64,000 nt of DNA from an uncultured delta proteobacterium (GTDB taxonomy: Bacteria; Myxococcota_A; Polyangia; Fen-1088). Below, in pieces: positions 10,745-20,613 of this stretch. The DNA is taken from assembly GCA_963723955.1 (NCBI GenBank), contig CAVRSU010000011.1:25509-89508 (forward strand). Direction: 5' to 3'. The notes under the pieces were generated by a model. That model did not search any database and was not told the DNA's origin. It worked only from the letters and a program-made list of their open reading frames with translations. Positions within the stretch are counted from its first letter, which is position 1. The number at the start of each line of letters is the position of its first letter. A program made the translations under genes and the position numbers.

Positions 10745-10839
10745 AAGGTGCCAGAGGTTTCGTGGGAAGCACACGCAACTTTCCCGTCTCCTGGCCGATA
10801 GCAACGTATGTCCAGGCCACTGCGATTCGTTCCGGAGCA
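10745..10839 (+). repeat. ~95-bp direct repeat, copy 2
   Basis: Matches 9347-9442; retains only MSRPLRFVPE of the transposase. Confidence 0.92.
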
Positions 10840-11077
10840 GCAGGGTAGCCTAGGTGGACATGCAAAGCCCGATTCGACCGATGCCACTCGGACGCACTGG
10901 CTGCTTGCTCTCGGTTGTAGGGATCGCCTTGGCTTGTTGTGAAGGCTCGGCGCTGCGGGTTGGAGGCGGGGATGCGGGACCGGATGTGCCGTCGCGGTCG
11001 GCGCTGTAGACCGGATGGGAGCCTCTGGTTTACCGGGGCTGTCGGCAAGATCGGCACCTTCACGCCGTAAGCACCTT

Positions 11078-11488
11078 TCAGTGCAACTGTGCAGGCGTGC
11101 AGACTAGGACCTTTTGGTCGCCATACGCTTTCGTGTACGCGGGATCTCCCGAAGGCGTGACGAGGTAGTTCTTGCCCTTGGGGTAGTAGTCACGGAAGAT
11201 CTTCAGTGCTGAAGCGTCGAATGCGCTCGCATTCCATTTGCATTCGACGACGTCGACCTGGTCGCGACGTTGGGCGAGCACGAAATCGATTTCGCGACCG
11301 CCCTTGTCGCGCCAATAGACCATGTCTTCAGCGGCCGGCAGATCGCAGTTGACGAAGAGCGTCTGGTCCGGCCCAAGACTCTCGGCCAAAACCGTTTTGC
11401 CAGAGCGTCGTACCCCGCACAGCCAGACGATGGGGGCTTCCCGCCAGGCGGCTGCAATCCGTTGTAACCAGAAAGGTCGAGATAGCAT
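11078..11488 (-). pseudogene. Internally deleted AAA_14/DUF4143 ATPase
   Basis: N-terminal Walker A GVRRSGKT is joined in frame to the DUF4143 end YWRDKGGREIDFV..VECKW; only 136 aa and no Walker B. Confidence 0.75.
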
Positions 11489-11688
11489 GCTACCGTACTA
11501 TACGTTTGGTAAGAGAATACGTAAAGTGCGATAGCGCGCCAGGTGAGCAGCGGACGATCCCGTAGGCCTTGGTCCGCTCGGAACAGCGGCGGGTTGCCGT
11601 CGCGGTCGGGGCTCGACAAGCGACGACGACTTGGCCGGCTCGTCTGCGTCGTTGCTGGTCGCTGCCGGGTGGGCTATCGTTTTGGCCC

Positions 11689-12918
11689 ATGGCCGAGAAA
11701 ACCGTCACGCTGGGGGAGCTGGTCGCGGGCGTGGAGCTCACCGCTGGCGACAGCTACACACTCAAGGTTGCGATTCACGATCGCGCCGAGATCGAAGACG
11801 CGTTCTTCCACCACGACAGCGCGGTCTTTTTGCCCGACGCGCCCGAGCCCGAGACACCGGCCAGTGGGACCGCGACCGATACGCCGTTTGCCAACAGCGA
11901 CTTCTGGAAGGCCTTGCAGGCCTCGCACCCGGACTTTTGCGAGGATGTGCAGGAGCCCTACGATCCCGAGGCCGACGGCGGGGGCGGCGGTCGGCGAGAT
12001 GGCATCCCCTTGCTGCTCGAGGTTCTCCACTACGCGGACGCCCACCCCAAGCGCCGCCTGCTGCTGGCGGGGCACACGGATACGGTGGGAGACGCCGCGT
12101 ACAACGAGAAGCTTTCCGGCTTCCGGGCGTCGAGCGTCGCCGCCTTGCTGGAAGGGGATCGCGACGGTTTCGTCAAGGCCGTGAAGAACAACCACTCGGC
12201 CAAGGACGACGCCGTGGTGCTTCGCTATGCCGCGCGTACGCGAGGTTGGCCATGTGACGTGCCCGAAGGGGAATCGCCGACGGTCGAACAGATCAAGTCC
12301 TTCCAGCGTCAGTACAACCAGGAGCTCGGCGGCGCGGGCCACGCCAAGCTCACCGTGGACGGGGACGTCGGTCCCAAGACGCTGGGGGCCTACTTCGACA
12401 TCATGGAGGACGACCTGGCCGCGCAGGCGGGTGACGCCGACGCCCTCGCTTCCTTGCGCGGAAAGCTTGCTTACGTCGACGACGGTCACAAGACCTTGGC
12501 TTGCGGCGAGCGCTGCCCCATCGAGGGCGCGGGATCGGACAATTTTCAGTCGCAGACCAACCGCCGTGTCGAGGTCTTGTTCTTCGATCCAACCGACCTG
12601 CCCGACCTGGCGGCGGCGGATGCGGCCGACCGCATCTACAAGAAGAAGCTGCACCTCATGAGGCCGCTGTCGCTGCAGGGGGACTCTCTTGCCGCGCGCA
12701 CCGCAAAGAGCCAGCAAGGTGACTTTGAAATCGCGCAAGCCGACACCCCGCCCGACGGCGTGGGAGAACCCGCGGAGGAGCTGGCCACCGAGATGGCCCT
12801 GCACTCCGAGGCCCAGGATCCAGGCGACGCCTGGGCCTTTCTCGAACCACTCGACGAATCGCGAACCGCCGTCGCGCAGGCCGGTGGCCCCGGGCCCAGG
12901 GACGAAACCGTCGTCTAA
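11689..12918 (+). CDS. OmpA-like domain protein with an inserted peptidoglycan-binding domain
   Basis: AGHTDTVG..YNEKLS..RA and NRRVEVLFF (OmpA C-domain); IKSFQRQYN..LTVDGDVGPKT (PG-binding). No signal peptide seen. Confidence 0.8.
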   Translation: MAEKTVTLGELVAGVELTAGDSYTLKVAIHDRAEIEDAFFHHDSAVFLPDAPEPETPASGTATDTPFANSDFWKALQASHPDFCEDVQEPYDPEADGGGGGRRDGIPLLLEVLHYADAHPKRRLLLAGHTDTVGDAAYNEKLSGFRASSVAALLEGDRDGFVKAVKNNHSAKDDAVVLRYAARTRGWPCDVPEGESPTVEQIKSFQRQYNQELGGAGHAKLTVDGDVGPKTLGAYFDIMEDDLAAQAGDADALASLRGKLAYVDDGHKTLACGERCPIEGAGSDNFQSQTNRRVEVLFFDPTDLPDLAAADAADRIYKKKLHLMRPLSLQGDSLAARTAKSQQGDFEIAQADTPPDGVGEPAEELATEMALHSEAQDPGDAWAFLEPLDESRTAVAQAGGPGPRDETVV

Positions 12919-12933
12919 GCGAGAAAACACGCC

Positions 12934-14418
12934 GTGGGAATCATCAACTACAGTGGGAAACTCCCCGTCGCCGTCGTCCTGGTGTGGAAGGGCGAGACCA
13001 TCGCGAACGCGCTGACCAACACCCTCAAGAATCATGTTTATGCCATCGCCAACGAGTCGGTGACGGAATTTACCATCACGGCCACGGGCGGTGCCCCGCT
13101 GGTGATTTCGCGCAAGGCGACCGCGAAGGCCAGCTTCTACGATTCGAAGCTCAACACCTTCACGACCAGCCCAGTCCCCGGCGATGCCCTCGATGCCTTC
13201 CTCGCGCTGAGCACGCCGAGTGGCACCATCGATCTGACGTTTTCGTATCGAACGTTTTTCGACAAGATGCTCGAACAAGACACGCGCACCGACAGCGATC
13301 TGCACAACCTTGCCAACCCCAACAATTCAAGCGCCATTCTCGACACCTTCACCCATTCCAATGCGGGCGGCGTGGTTCGCATCACGTACAAGTCGGCCAC
13401 GGAGAAGCTGGTCGCGCTTCCGTTCAAGCTCATCGACAAGCAGGTGACGCCGGGGAAAAGTGGCAAGCCCCCCGCCGTCAAGCTGGTTCTCGAGCTCGAT
13501 TTCCTAACCGGTATAAACGACGCGCGCCGGGAGGCCATGCGCAAGCTGGTGGCCATGGACTGGTCGAAGCTCGCCCGCTATGGCAGCTCACTCACGCAGG
13601 ATTTCGTCAAGGTTTGGCGGCAGAATCTGTACGCCTACCTGGCCAACCACACCGACAAGGCGCGCGGCGAGCGATTTCGCCAAGGCATCTTGGCCCGGCA
13701 TCGCATCAAGGCGCCGGACGTGCTGGCCAAAGATCTTCGCGACGACATCGATCTGCACATCATCACCGCCAACCACTGGGGCGAAGCGCGTGAGAGCATG
13801 ACCACGGAACGCCACCAGCGACTGATCTCGGATCTCTTCGGGACGCTTCACCAGTCGGCCTGGTACGCCTCGCCCGTGGCATACATCCGCGATCTGGGCG
13901 ACAACCTTGGACTCGCTCTCAAGGAAATCGCGGCCCTGGTTCTGCAATACGGGGCCGGTCACTGCGGCGAGCACGCCCAGACTTCCTTCTCGATCCTGGG
14001 CGACATCATCGATTCTCCCGCCGGCAAGGTCAAACATGCGATCTTCACCGGCAATGCCAACATCGACCACGCCTTCGTGGTCTACAATCTGGATGTGACC
14101 AAGGTCATCCTGACCAAGGCCACCGCCGCCAACAACACGCGGGTATCCAAGGGGGCAGACATCGAAGTCTGGAACTTGCGCGAGACCATGGCGGCCAATA
14201 GCAATCCTGGATACGTCATGGATCCCTACCTCGATCCCTCGGTCATGAAACCGACGGCGGCTGAGCTTTTGGCGGCCCTCAATAGCAGCAAACGCAAGGC
14301 CCAGGGCAAGGACACCGACTTTCTAGCCTTTGCCGGCGAGCACCCAAGCGCGTTTGCGGAAGATGATATCCGAGCCAAGAGCGAGCCTGAACGAAGCAAA
14401 CTCGTCAAACACGTATGA
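12934..14418 (+). CDS. Hypothetical protein with C-terminal Cys-His-Asp (HopX/transglutaminase-like) domain
   Basis: GAGHCGEHA...DHAFVV...VMDPY; 494 aa, no signal peptide. Confidence 0.6.
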   Translation: MGIINYSGKLPVAVVLVWKGETIANALTNTLKNHVYAIANESVTEFTITATGGAPLVISRKATAKASFYDSKLNTFTTSPVPGDALDAFLALSTPSGTIDLTFSYRTFFDKMLEQDTRTDSDLHNLANPNNSSAILDTFTHSNAGGVVRITYKSATEKLVALPFKLIDKQVTPGKSGKPPAVKLVLELDFLTGINDARREAMRKLVAMDWSKLARYGSSLTQDFVKVWRQNLYAYLANHTDKARGERFRQGILARHRIKAPDVLAKDLRDDIDLHIITANHWGEARESMTTERHQRLISDLFGTLHQSAWYASPVAYIRDLGDNLGLALKEIAALVLQYGAGHCGEHAQTSFSILGDIIDSPAGKVKHAIFTGNANIDHAFVVYNLDVTKVILTKATAANNTRVSKGADIEVWNLRETMAANSNPGYVMDPYLDPSVMKPTAAELLAALNSSKRKAQGKDTDFLAFAGEHPSAFAEDDIRAKSEPERSKLVKHV

Positions 14419-15083
14419 TGCCTTTTCACAGATCGCGGATTGCCACCACTGCGTGTCTTGGTGTGCTGACAGTTACCGTCGCTGCGTGCGCCAGGCCGCA
14501 GGCAGCCACGGGCGCTCGCGACGAAAAGGCCGCCGCCGTGGCGAGGCCGAAGCCCGCTGACAGCGGATCGCTGGCGCAAACAGATGCGCGAGCACCCATC
14601 GCCGCTGCATGTGTTCCCGTGGAACACGCGGAGGACATTCAGCGCAGGCTGCGGGCGGAGGCCGGCGAGGCATTTTCCTTTCGACGAGCCACGCCGCTTT
14701 TGGTGGATTGTTGGCCCGACCCGACCGCGCTGGTCGTGTACACCTACGAAAGCCGCGCCTTGCCCACCGGCCGGGTCACTTACGAAATCAGGAGCCCGGA
14801 GTGGCAGCTGCGCATCTCGCCGCTCGGAGCGCGCGTTGTCGCCACGCACATGCGCTCGGTGGAAAAGCTAGGCCGCGAGGACGATCACGCAATGGCTGAC
14901 GATCCCACGTCCCGTCTTCGCGATGCCGAGGAAGCTCTTGTCGAAGTCGTCGGTGGTTGCCGGACGGCCGCGCAGGCGTGCAAGGCACTTGAGCCGTACA
15001 AGACCTGGTACGCGGCGAATCCGGTCATCGGGCGCCACCTGACCGGCCACCTCGGCGTCGCGGTTCCCTGCCTGCGCCCGTAG
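14415..15083 (+). CDS. Hypothetical lipoprotein
   Basis: Hydrophobic N-terminus with lipobox VAAC; ATGA overlap with the upstream stop codon. Confidence 0.65.
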   Translation: MMPFHRSRIATTACLGVLTVTVAACARPQAATGARDEKAAAVARPKPADSGSLAQTDARAPIAAACVPVEHAEDIQRRLRAEAGEAFSFRRATPLLVDCWPDPTALVVYTYESRALPTGRVTYEIRSPEWQLRISPLGARVVATHMRSVEKLGREDDHAMADDPTSRLRDAEEALVEVVGGCRTAAQACKALEPYKTWYAANPVIGRHLTGHLGVAVPCLRP

Positions 15084-15098
15084 GCAAAATGCCCTCGC

Positions 15099-16701
15099 TC
15101 ACCGCGGGCCGCGGCGACGTCGCGCCGTCCGGAGTGCGACAGCGACCAACCCCAGCAGCAAGACGTGCGAGCGACTGGGCGAGTACGACGTCCGTCCGAC
15201 CGTGCACGAGCAGCCGGAGCTTTGCTCTCCTCCGGCGTTGGGCAGACGAGTTGTTGCAGCCGAGGTGGAGCCTCCAGAGCCGGCGCCACCGCTTCCACTC
15301 GCGGCCGTGCCCGAGCCTCCAGAATCCCGCGCCGCCGCTTCCACTCGCGGCCGTGCCCGGGCTGCCGCCACCCGAGCTCGCTGACGAGGACGTCCCTGCG
15401 CCGCCTGCAGCAGATGTGATGCCACCGTACCCGGCTGCCGCTCCACCCGTGGCAGCCGCTCCGCCAGCCCCGGACTGCCCGGTTTGCGCGCCGCCGGCTC
15501 CGCCGGCTCCGGCATCTGCGCCGCCCCTCCCAAGATTTGCGCCACCGGCTCCACCGGGATTGGAGCTCGCTCCCCCACTGCCGCTTCTGCCGCCTGCGCC
15601 AGAGGCTCCTGCCGCGCCTCCCGCGCCTCCCGCAAGCGCCCCGTCGCTGCCAGCCGCGCCCCCGGCGCCTGCGTCGGCGCTCGGCGCGGGACTGGTCCAC
15701 GAATTCTGGAGTTGCGCCAAGCCGGACTGATTCGGAATGGACAGCGTGATGTTGGCACCCGTGCCGGTCTTGATGGTCATGCTGTACCAGTCTCCATCCT
15801 TGAGGCCAACCCAGTAGAAGCTGCCCATGTTCCAGGCTCGCAGTTGACTGCTCATCCCGCGTATGTAGGCCTCGAAGTAGTTCGTAGGGGTCTGGCTGTA
15901 GTCCAGAGAGTCATAGTTCTTCCCGTTCTTACTGCCAGGGCTCATGGGGCCGCCCCATTCGGTGCAAACGGTACGGTCGGAATAGTTGCCGACTTCGCCC
16001 TTGAACGCGCTTACCCACTGAGATTCGCTGGTCATCGATTCAGAGCCAAAGAAGCTGTACTCGTGCACGGCCAGGAGGCAGCCGTCCAGTCGGGAGTCAG
16101 AGCCGACATCGGAAACGTTCTGGGCATTACCCGTTCCGTCGAGGATGACCCTGCCCTTCGGAATCGTCGGGAATTGAGTCAACCAGCTGTTGTACAGGTT
16201 CGTGAGGTCGGTCTTGCTGTACATGTTCGGCTCATTGAAGATTTCAAAATAGGCATTGTCGTTGCTGCCATACTTGTCGACCACGATCTTCCACATGGCC
16301 CAGAAGGCGTTCATGTCCGCGGGTTTGTTGCTCTTGGCGCTGTCCCAGTAGCCGAAGACGACCATGCCCTTCGAAAGCACCGCATCGATGGCGCCGGTGT
16401 AGGTAGTCCAGAATTGCGAGACGGTGGCCTCGTTGATGGGAAGCCTGACGGCGTTGGCCCCCAACTTCGAGATGAACTGCGACATGACGGCATTGCCCAC
16501 CGCCAACGCCGAATCGTACGTGTCGGACGACGAGAGGCCCGAGATGTAGAGAACGCCGGACTGGAAGTTGTCCCCAGGATCGGCCCAGTTGACGCCTCGA
16601 AACTGGTTGGTGGCAGCTGATGCACTCGGTGTCGCCAAGCCGACCGCTGCCAATAGCAATACGACCGAAATCCATGCTGGCAATGGGTGTCTCTTCCACA
16701 T
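15099..16701 (-). CDS. GH5 glycoside hydrolase with Gly linker and MYXO-CTERM tail; +1 frameshift near 15323
   Basis: Signal peptide, VRLPIN, FEIFNEP, VHEY, CTEWG. The tail GCSC..VLLLGLVAVALRTARRRR is in ORF 15099..15758. Confidence 0.85.
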
Positions 16702-16805
16702 TGTGGTTCGATCCATTCGAGATGATGCGGCTTCTCTTATCATCGCGCTATTCTAACCTCAGTGCCCCATCAGCGTAAGACAACTCACCTCAGACGGCGT
16801 GGCCA

Positions 16806-16827
16806 CTTCGCATTTCTTGGGATTCCT
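16806..16827 (+). promoter_or_regulatory. Putative operator between the divergent GH5 genes
   Basis: CTTCGCATTTCTTGGGATTCCT, identical to 22857-22878. Confidence 0.65.
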
Positions 16828-17107
16828 TCGGTCGACACCTTGAAATGGCCAGTGTCAATCATGCATGACTCAAGCATGACAATGCTCCGTCCGATGAAGA
16901 GAGAGTGCCGTCGTGGCTCTGAGCTTCCGTGATTCGACGCGCTTTTGGCTGGGAGACCTTCCCACCTCGGCGTCACGATTTGTTAAGTAGTTGCGGGTTG
17001 GGCGAGCCGGTCGAAACGCATGCGCACCTGAGCGCGTTCGATACCAGAAGACCGGGCTTACGGGTATCTGTCCGATCAACCAACGCACCTGCCGCGAGAA
17101 CTTCCCG

Positions 17108-18562
17108 ATGAAAAGATTTCTATTCGCTCCTGTCCTGACTGTTGCCGCGGTCTTGCTTGGAGCCTGCGGAGACACCACGCCAACCACGGATGCAGGGGGA
17201 GGGCACCCAGGGGCCGGCGGCGCACTCGGAACCGGCGGCAGAGTCGGCGTGGGCGGCAGCGTCGCCGCGGGCGGGAGCATCGGCGTGGGCGGCAGCATCG
17301 GCGTGGGCGGCAGCGTTGCCGCGGGTGGCACCGTGGCCTCGGGGGGACAATCGGTAACCGGAGGTACGCACGCATCTGGCGGAGTCGTCGCTTCCGGAGA
17401 TGCCGGTGGAATTGCTGCGGGTGGCACGACGGCCATGGGCGGCAACGGTGGCGCAGTGTCTTCGGGCGGTTCCGGCGGCAGCACAGGCGGTACGACGGGA
17501 ATCGGCGGCGCTGCTGGGCAGCTCACTCCCCAAGACGCGGCCAAGCTCATGGCCCCGGGCTGGAATCTGGGCAATTCGTTCGACGCTACTCCCAACGAAA
17601 CGAGCTGGGGGAATCCAACACCGACCCAGACCTTGATCAACGCCGTTCACGCCGCAGGCTTCAAGACGTTGCGGCTACCGGTGACCTGGACCAACCACAT
17701 CGGCTCGGCGCCCTCTTACACGATCGATTCTGCGTGGATGAGCAAGGTCAAGCAAACAGCCCAGTGGGCGATCGATGCCGGCATGTACGTCTTTCTCAAT
17801 ACCCATCACGAGGCAGATGGGAACGGCGGCTGGGTGACGTTTCCGTCGACGACCTCTGCCGCACAGAGTGTAGCTACCGAGGTCACCGCCGTGTGGAGTC
17901 AGGTCGCCACGACCTTCAAGTCGTTCGACGCGCGTCTGATGTTCGAGTGCTTCAACGAGCCCAACGAAGCCGGCGGAGGCAACACCCCGCAGGCGCAAAC
18001 GGATCTCAACCTGTACCTCGAGGCGTGTTTCAAAGCGATCCGCGATACCGGTGGCGCCAACGCCACCCGCATCGTCATGATTCAACCGGTAGGCGCCAGC
18101 CCCATCCAGTCGGGCATCCAGGCCATGCAAAAGGTCAGCTTTATCAACGACCCCAACCTCGTGATCTCGCTTCACACCTACTACCCGACGAATTTCGGGC
18201 TCAGCACCACGCCTTACGCCTGGGGAAGCGCTTCCGACTACAGCAGCATGCAGAGCTCGATTTCGCAGCAGATCCGAGTCTGGCTGCCGACGCAGGTCAT
18301 TTTCATCGGCGAGTGGGGCTCGATGGAGGCGCAGGCGCTCAGCAACCGTGCCGCACACGCGTTGGCCTACGCGCAAGACACCACGACAGCCGCCATCGTC
18401 CCCATCTGGTGGGACAACGGCGGCTCGGGCAGCGAGTCGTTCGCGCTCTTTGACCGTAACGCCGGCGCTGCAACTCAACCAAGCATCGTCAGCGGTATCA
18501 TGACGGGCGTCAAGAACGGTCTTGCCGCGCCAAACTCGTGGGCAAAGCCCGGCAGTCCGTGA
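17108..18562 (+). CDS. GH5 endoglucanase lipoprotein
   Basis: Lipobox LGAC, Gly linker, GWNLGNSFDA, ETSWGNP, LRLPVTW, NTHHE, FECFNEP, HTY, IGEWG, WWDNG. Confidence 0.92.
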   Translation: MKRFLFAPVLTVAAVLLGACGDTTPTTDAGGGHPGAGGALGTGGRVGVGGSVAAGGSIGVGGSIGVGGSVAAGGTVASGGQSVTGGTHASGGVVASGDAGGIAAGGTTAMGGNGGAVSSGGSGGSTGGTTGIGGAAGQLTPQDAAKLMAPGWNLGNSFDATPNETSWGNPTPTQTLINAVHAAGFKTLRLPVTWTNHIGSAPSYTIDSAWMSKVKQTAQWAIDAGMYVFLNTHHEADGNGGWVTFPSTTSAAQSVATEVTAVWSQVATTFKSFDARLMFECFNEPNEAGGGNTPQAQTDLNLYLEACFKAIRDTGGANATRIVMIQPVGASPIQSGIQAMQKVSFINDPNLVISLHTYYPTNFGLSTTPYAWGSASDYSSMQSSISQQIRVWLPTQVIFIGEWGSMEAQALSNRAAHALAYAQDTTTAAIVPIWWDNGGSGSESFALFDRNAGAATQPSIVSGIMTGVKNGLAAPNSWAKPGSP

Positions 18563-18590
18563 CAAACGGCGAAGTCTTTGACCCATAGTT

Positions 18591-18770
18591 GTGACGTCGA
18601 CGCCAGACGGCGTTCGGGTCTACGCCAGTCGCAACCAGGCGGACGATGCCACGCAGTTGGTCGTCATGAACTGGAACCAGGCCTCGGCGATTCTCACGTT
18701 CCAAATCGATGGTTTGGCGACCACACCCGCCGCAACGATGCGGGTGGAGGGCGTCCGGCGGGATTGCCCT
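18591..18770 (+). pseudogene. Possible remnant of a glycoside hydrolase C-terminal beta-sandwich
   Basis: VRVYASRNQADDATQLVVMNWN..LTFQIDGL resembles GH C-terminal domains; no convincing start. Confidence 0.35.
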
Positions 18771-18774
18771 ATTC

Positions 18775-20196
18775 CTATTTCCCGTAGCCCGCAGCGACGA
18801 TGTTCGCCTGCACGAGGTCGTCGGTCGCGTCCGACGGATTGCCGCTGGTAATGGCGCCTTCGAAGAAGGTTCCTTTGGCGTTGTTGCTGCCGTCGCCACC
18901 CGTTCCCAGGATGATGGCACCCTGCTTCTTCATGGGGCTGTAGCCCGGGGGACGTTTGCCATCGAACTTGGTATCGAGCTTTCCGCTCTGTGCATTGCCA
19001 GCCTTGATGCCCATCGCGTTTCCTGACGGGCCCTTGAGCATGCCGACTACGTAGGACATGCCGGTGACGGAAGTATTGGTGGGGCAGGAGGTAGAGGAGT
19101 CGCACTCGAACATGCCGTTCTCGAGATCCGCCGCCATCCACGGACCGCTGCCGGATCCCTTGGTCCACTGCGTGGAATTCCCCCAATAGAGGGCCTCCAT
19201 GGTGGCGCTGCCGCTGTCGGTGCCGGTCGTCTCAGCATTTCCGTAGTCGAAGCAGCACCATTGGTTGTAGCGCTTTCCGTCCGCCACCATGTACATGGCT
19301 TCTGGGTCGTCGTTCTTTGCAAGTCCCTTGGTGGCGTTGTTCCTGTACCCGACGCCGGTCGATCCTCCGCTGTTGTCGACGTAGATGCCGTAGGCGGTGT
19401 GGCCATTGATGGTGATCTTTCCCAGTGTCGCATTCGCTTCGTCGCCGCCATTGGGCAGCCACAACGCCTTCGGCGACTTCACGAGATCGTTCTTGTTCGG
19501 AGATTGGTCGTAGATGACCGAAATCGTGCATCCGCCACCGGAGCAGAACGAATCCTGCTGGGACGCGTCGACGTAGCCATCTGTGCCGACAGGGATGTCT
19601 TTGGTAGTGCCCCCTTTCCTGACTTGGTAGAGGGGACCCGTGTACGCTCCGTAGAGTGCCCGAACTGTGCTGTGTGCGGAAGCGCAGGGGGTGCTGGCGG
19701 CCTGATAGATGTCGCAAGGTCCCGTGCGTCCGCTCGTTGAGCCACCCGTACCCGCGGCTCCGCCCGAGCCAGCGCTGGTTCCGCCTGCCGTGCCGCCGAC
19801 GCCTGGAGCGCCGCCGGTCGCGCTGCCGCCGGAACCGCCGTTCGTCTGACCGCCCGAACCGCTGCCAGTCGTGCCGCCGCTCGCCTGCCCACCCGAGCCG
19901 CTGCCGGTCGTGCCGCCGCTCGCCTGCCCACCCGAGCCGCCGCTCGCCTTGCCCGCCGCGCCGCCACTTGAACCGGACGATGCACCGCCGGCGCCCGATC
20001 CTCCGGAGCCCGTGGCACCGCCCAGGCTTCCGATGCCGCCACTCCCAGCTCCGCCCGCACTTTGACCGCTGCCCCCCGACGCCAGCGAGCCGCCTGTGCC
20101 GGGACTTCCCCCCGCAGGCGAGGTTCCGGTGTTCCGGCTGGGCGCGCCACAACCCAGAATGGCCGACACTCCAATGATCGACAATACGAGCTTCAT
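18775..20196 (-). CDS. GH54 alpha-L-arabinofuranosidase B catalytic-domain lipoprotein
   Basis: Lipobox ILGC, Gly linker, GPCDIY, AHSTVRALY, CCFDYGNAE, MEALYWG, ADLENG, GAIILGTGGD, GTFFEG. Confidence 0.92.
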   Translation of the reverse strand: MKLVLSIIGVSAILGCGAPSRNTGTSPAGGSPGTGGSLASGGSGQSAGGAGSGGIGSLGGATGSGGSGAGGASSGSSGGAAGKASGGSGGQASGGTTGSGSGGQASGGTTGSGSGGQTNGGSGGSATGGAPGVGGTAGGTSAGSGGAAGTGGSTSGRTGPCDIYQAASTPCASAHSTVRALYGAYTGPLYQVRKGGTTKDIPVGTDGYVDASQQDSFCSGGGCTISVIYDQSPNKNDLVKSPKALWLPNGGDEANATLGKITINGHTAYGIYVDNSGGSTGVGYRNNATKGLAKNDDPEAMYMVADGKRYNQWCCFDYGNAETTGTDSGSATMEALYWGNSTQWTKGSGSGPWMAADLENGMFECDSSTSCPTNTSVTGMSYVVGMLKGPSGNAMGIKAGNAQSGKLDTKFDGKRPPGYSPMKKQGAIILGTGGDGSNNAKGTFFEGAITSGNPSDATDDLVQANIVAAGYGK

Positions 20197-20380
20197 ACCA
20201 ACTGCTCCTATGGTTTGAGGGCCTGCTGATTCCGCAACGATAAGAGAAAGGCTTGAACGAGAGTCCAACTGCTCTGCACCCGTCTGAGGCTTGTTGACGG
20301 GCTTTTGGGCGGCCGCAGCGAACACAGCATTTAAGCGCAGTCCCGTCCAGTATGTCCTTCTTCGATAGATGGCGCGCTAT

Positions 20381-20515
20381 CTTTTGGCAAGAAATGCGAA
20401 CTGATCTAGCTCCTCGCTAGAAGCACGCGCCGTGAGTAACGCGAATGCCAAAGTCGGCCAACTCCCCGCGTTGCACCCTCCCGGGTCGTCACGAGTTCGC
20501 ATTTTTTGCCAAAAG
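20381..20515. promoter_or_regulatory. Inverted pair of 22-bp operator-like sites between GH54 and araC
   Basis: CTTTTGGCAAGAAATGCGAACT (20381-20402) and AGTTCGCATTTTTTGCCAAAAG (20494-20515) are 21/22 reverse-complementary and share the TTCGCATTTYTTG core. Confidence 0.65.
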
Positions 20516-20613
20516 AATTCGCGGGCATGGCGGTCAGCGAACAGGCAGTGCGTTTTCCTGACCTGCGGAGCGGGAGCTAGGACTCTCTAGTGCTACAATT
20601 GGACAAGGCTGAC

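Noticed and set aside
9347-10839. Direct repeats as a CRISPR array or integron attC sites
   Set aside because: Only two ~95-bp copies 1.4 kb apart, containing coding sequence; no cas or integrase gene and no attC core-site structure.
11674-13305. 543-aa minus-strand ORF and similar long shadows (27753..29333, 30173..32116, 35336..36919, 62808..63968)
   Set aside because: Antisense or off-frame shadows of well-supported genes in GC-rich DNA, with no motifs.
19750-20100. GGC-rich repeats in the GH54 and other linkers
   Set aside because: Explained by Gly/Ser/Thr linker coding; not independent repeat elements.
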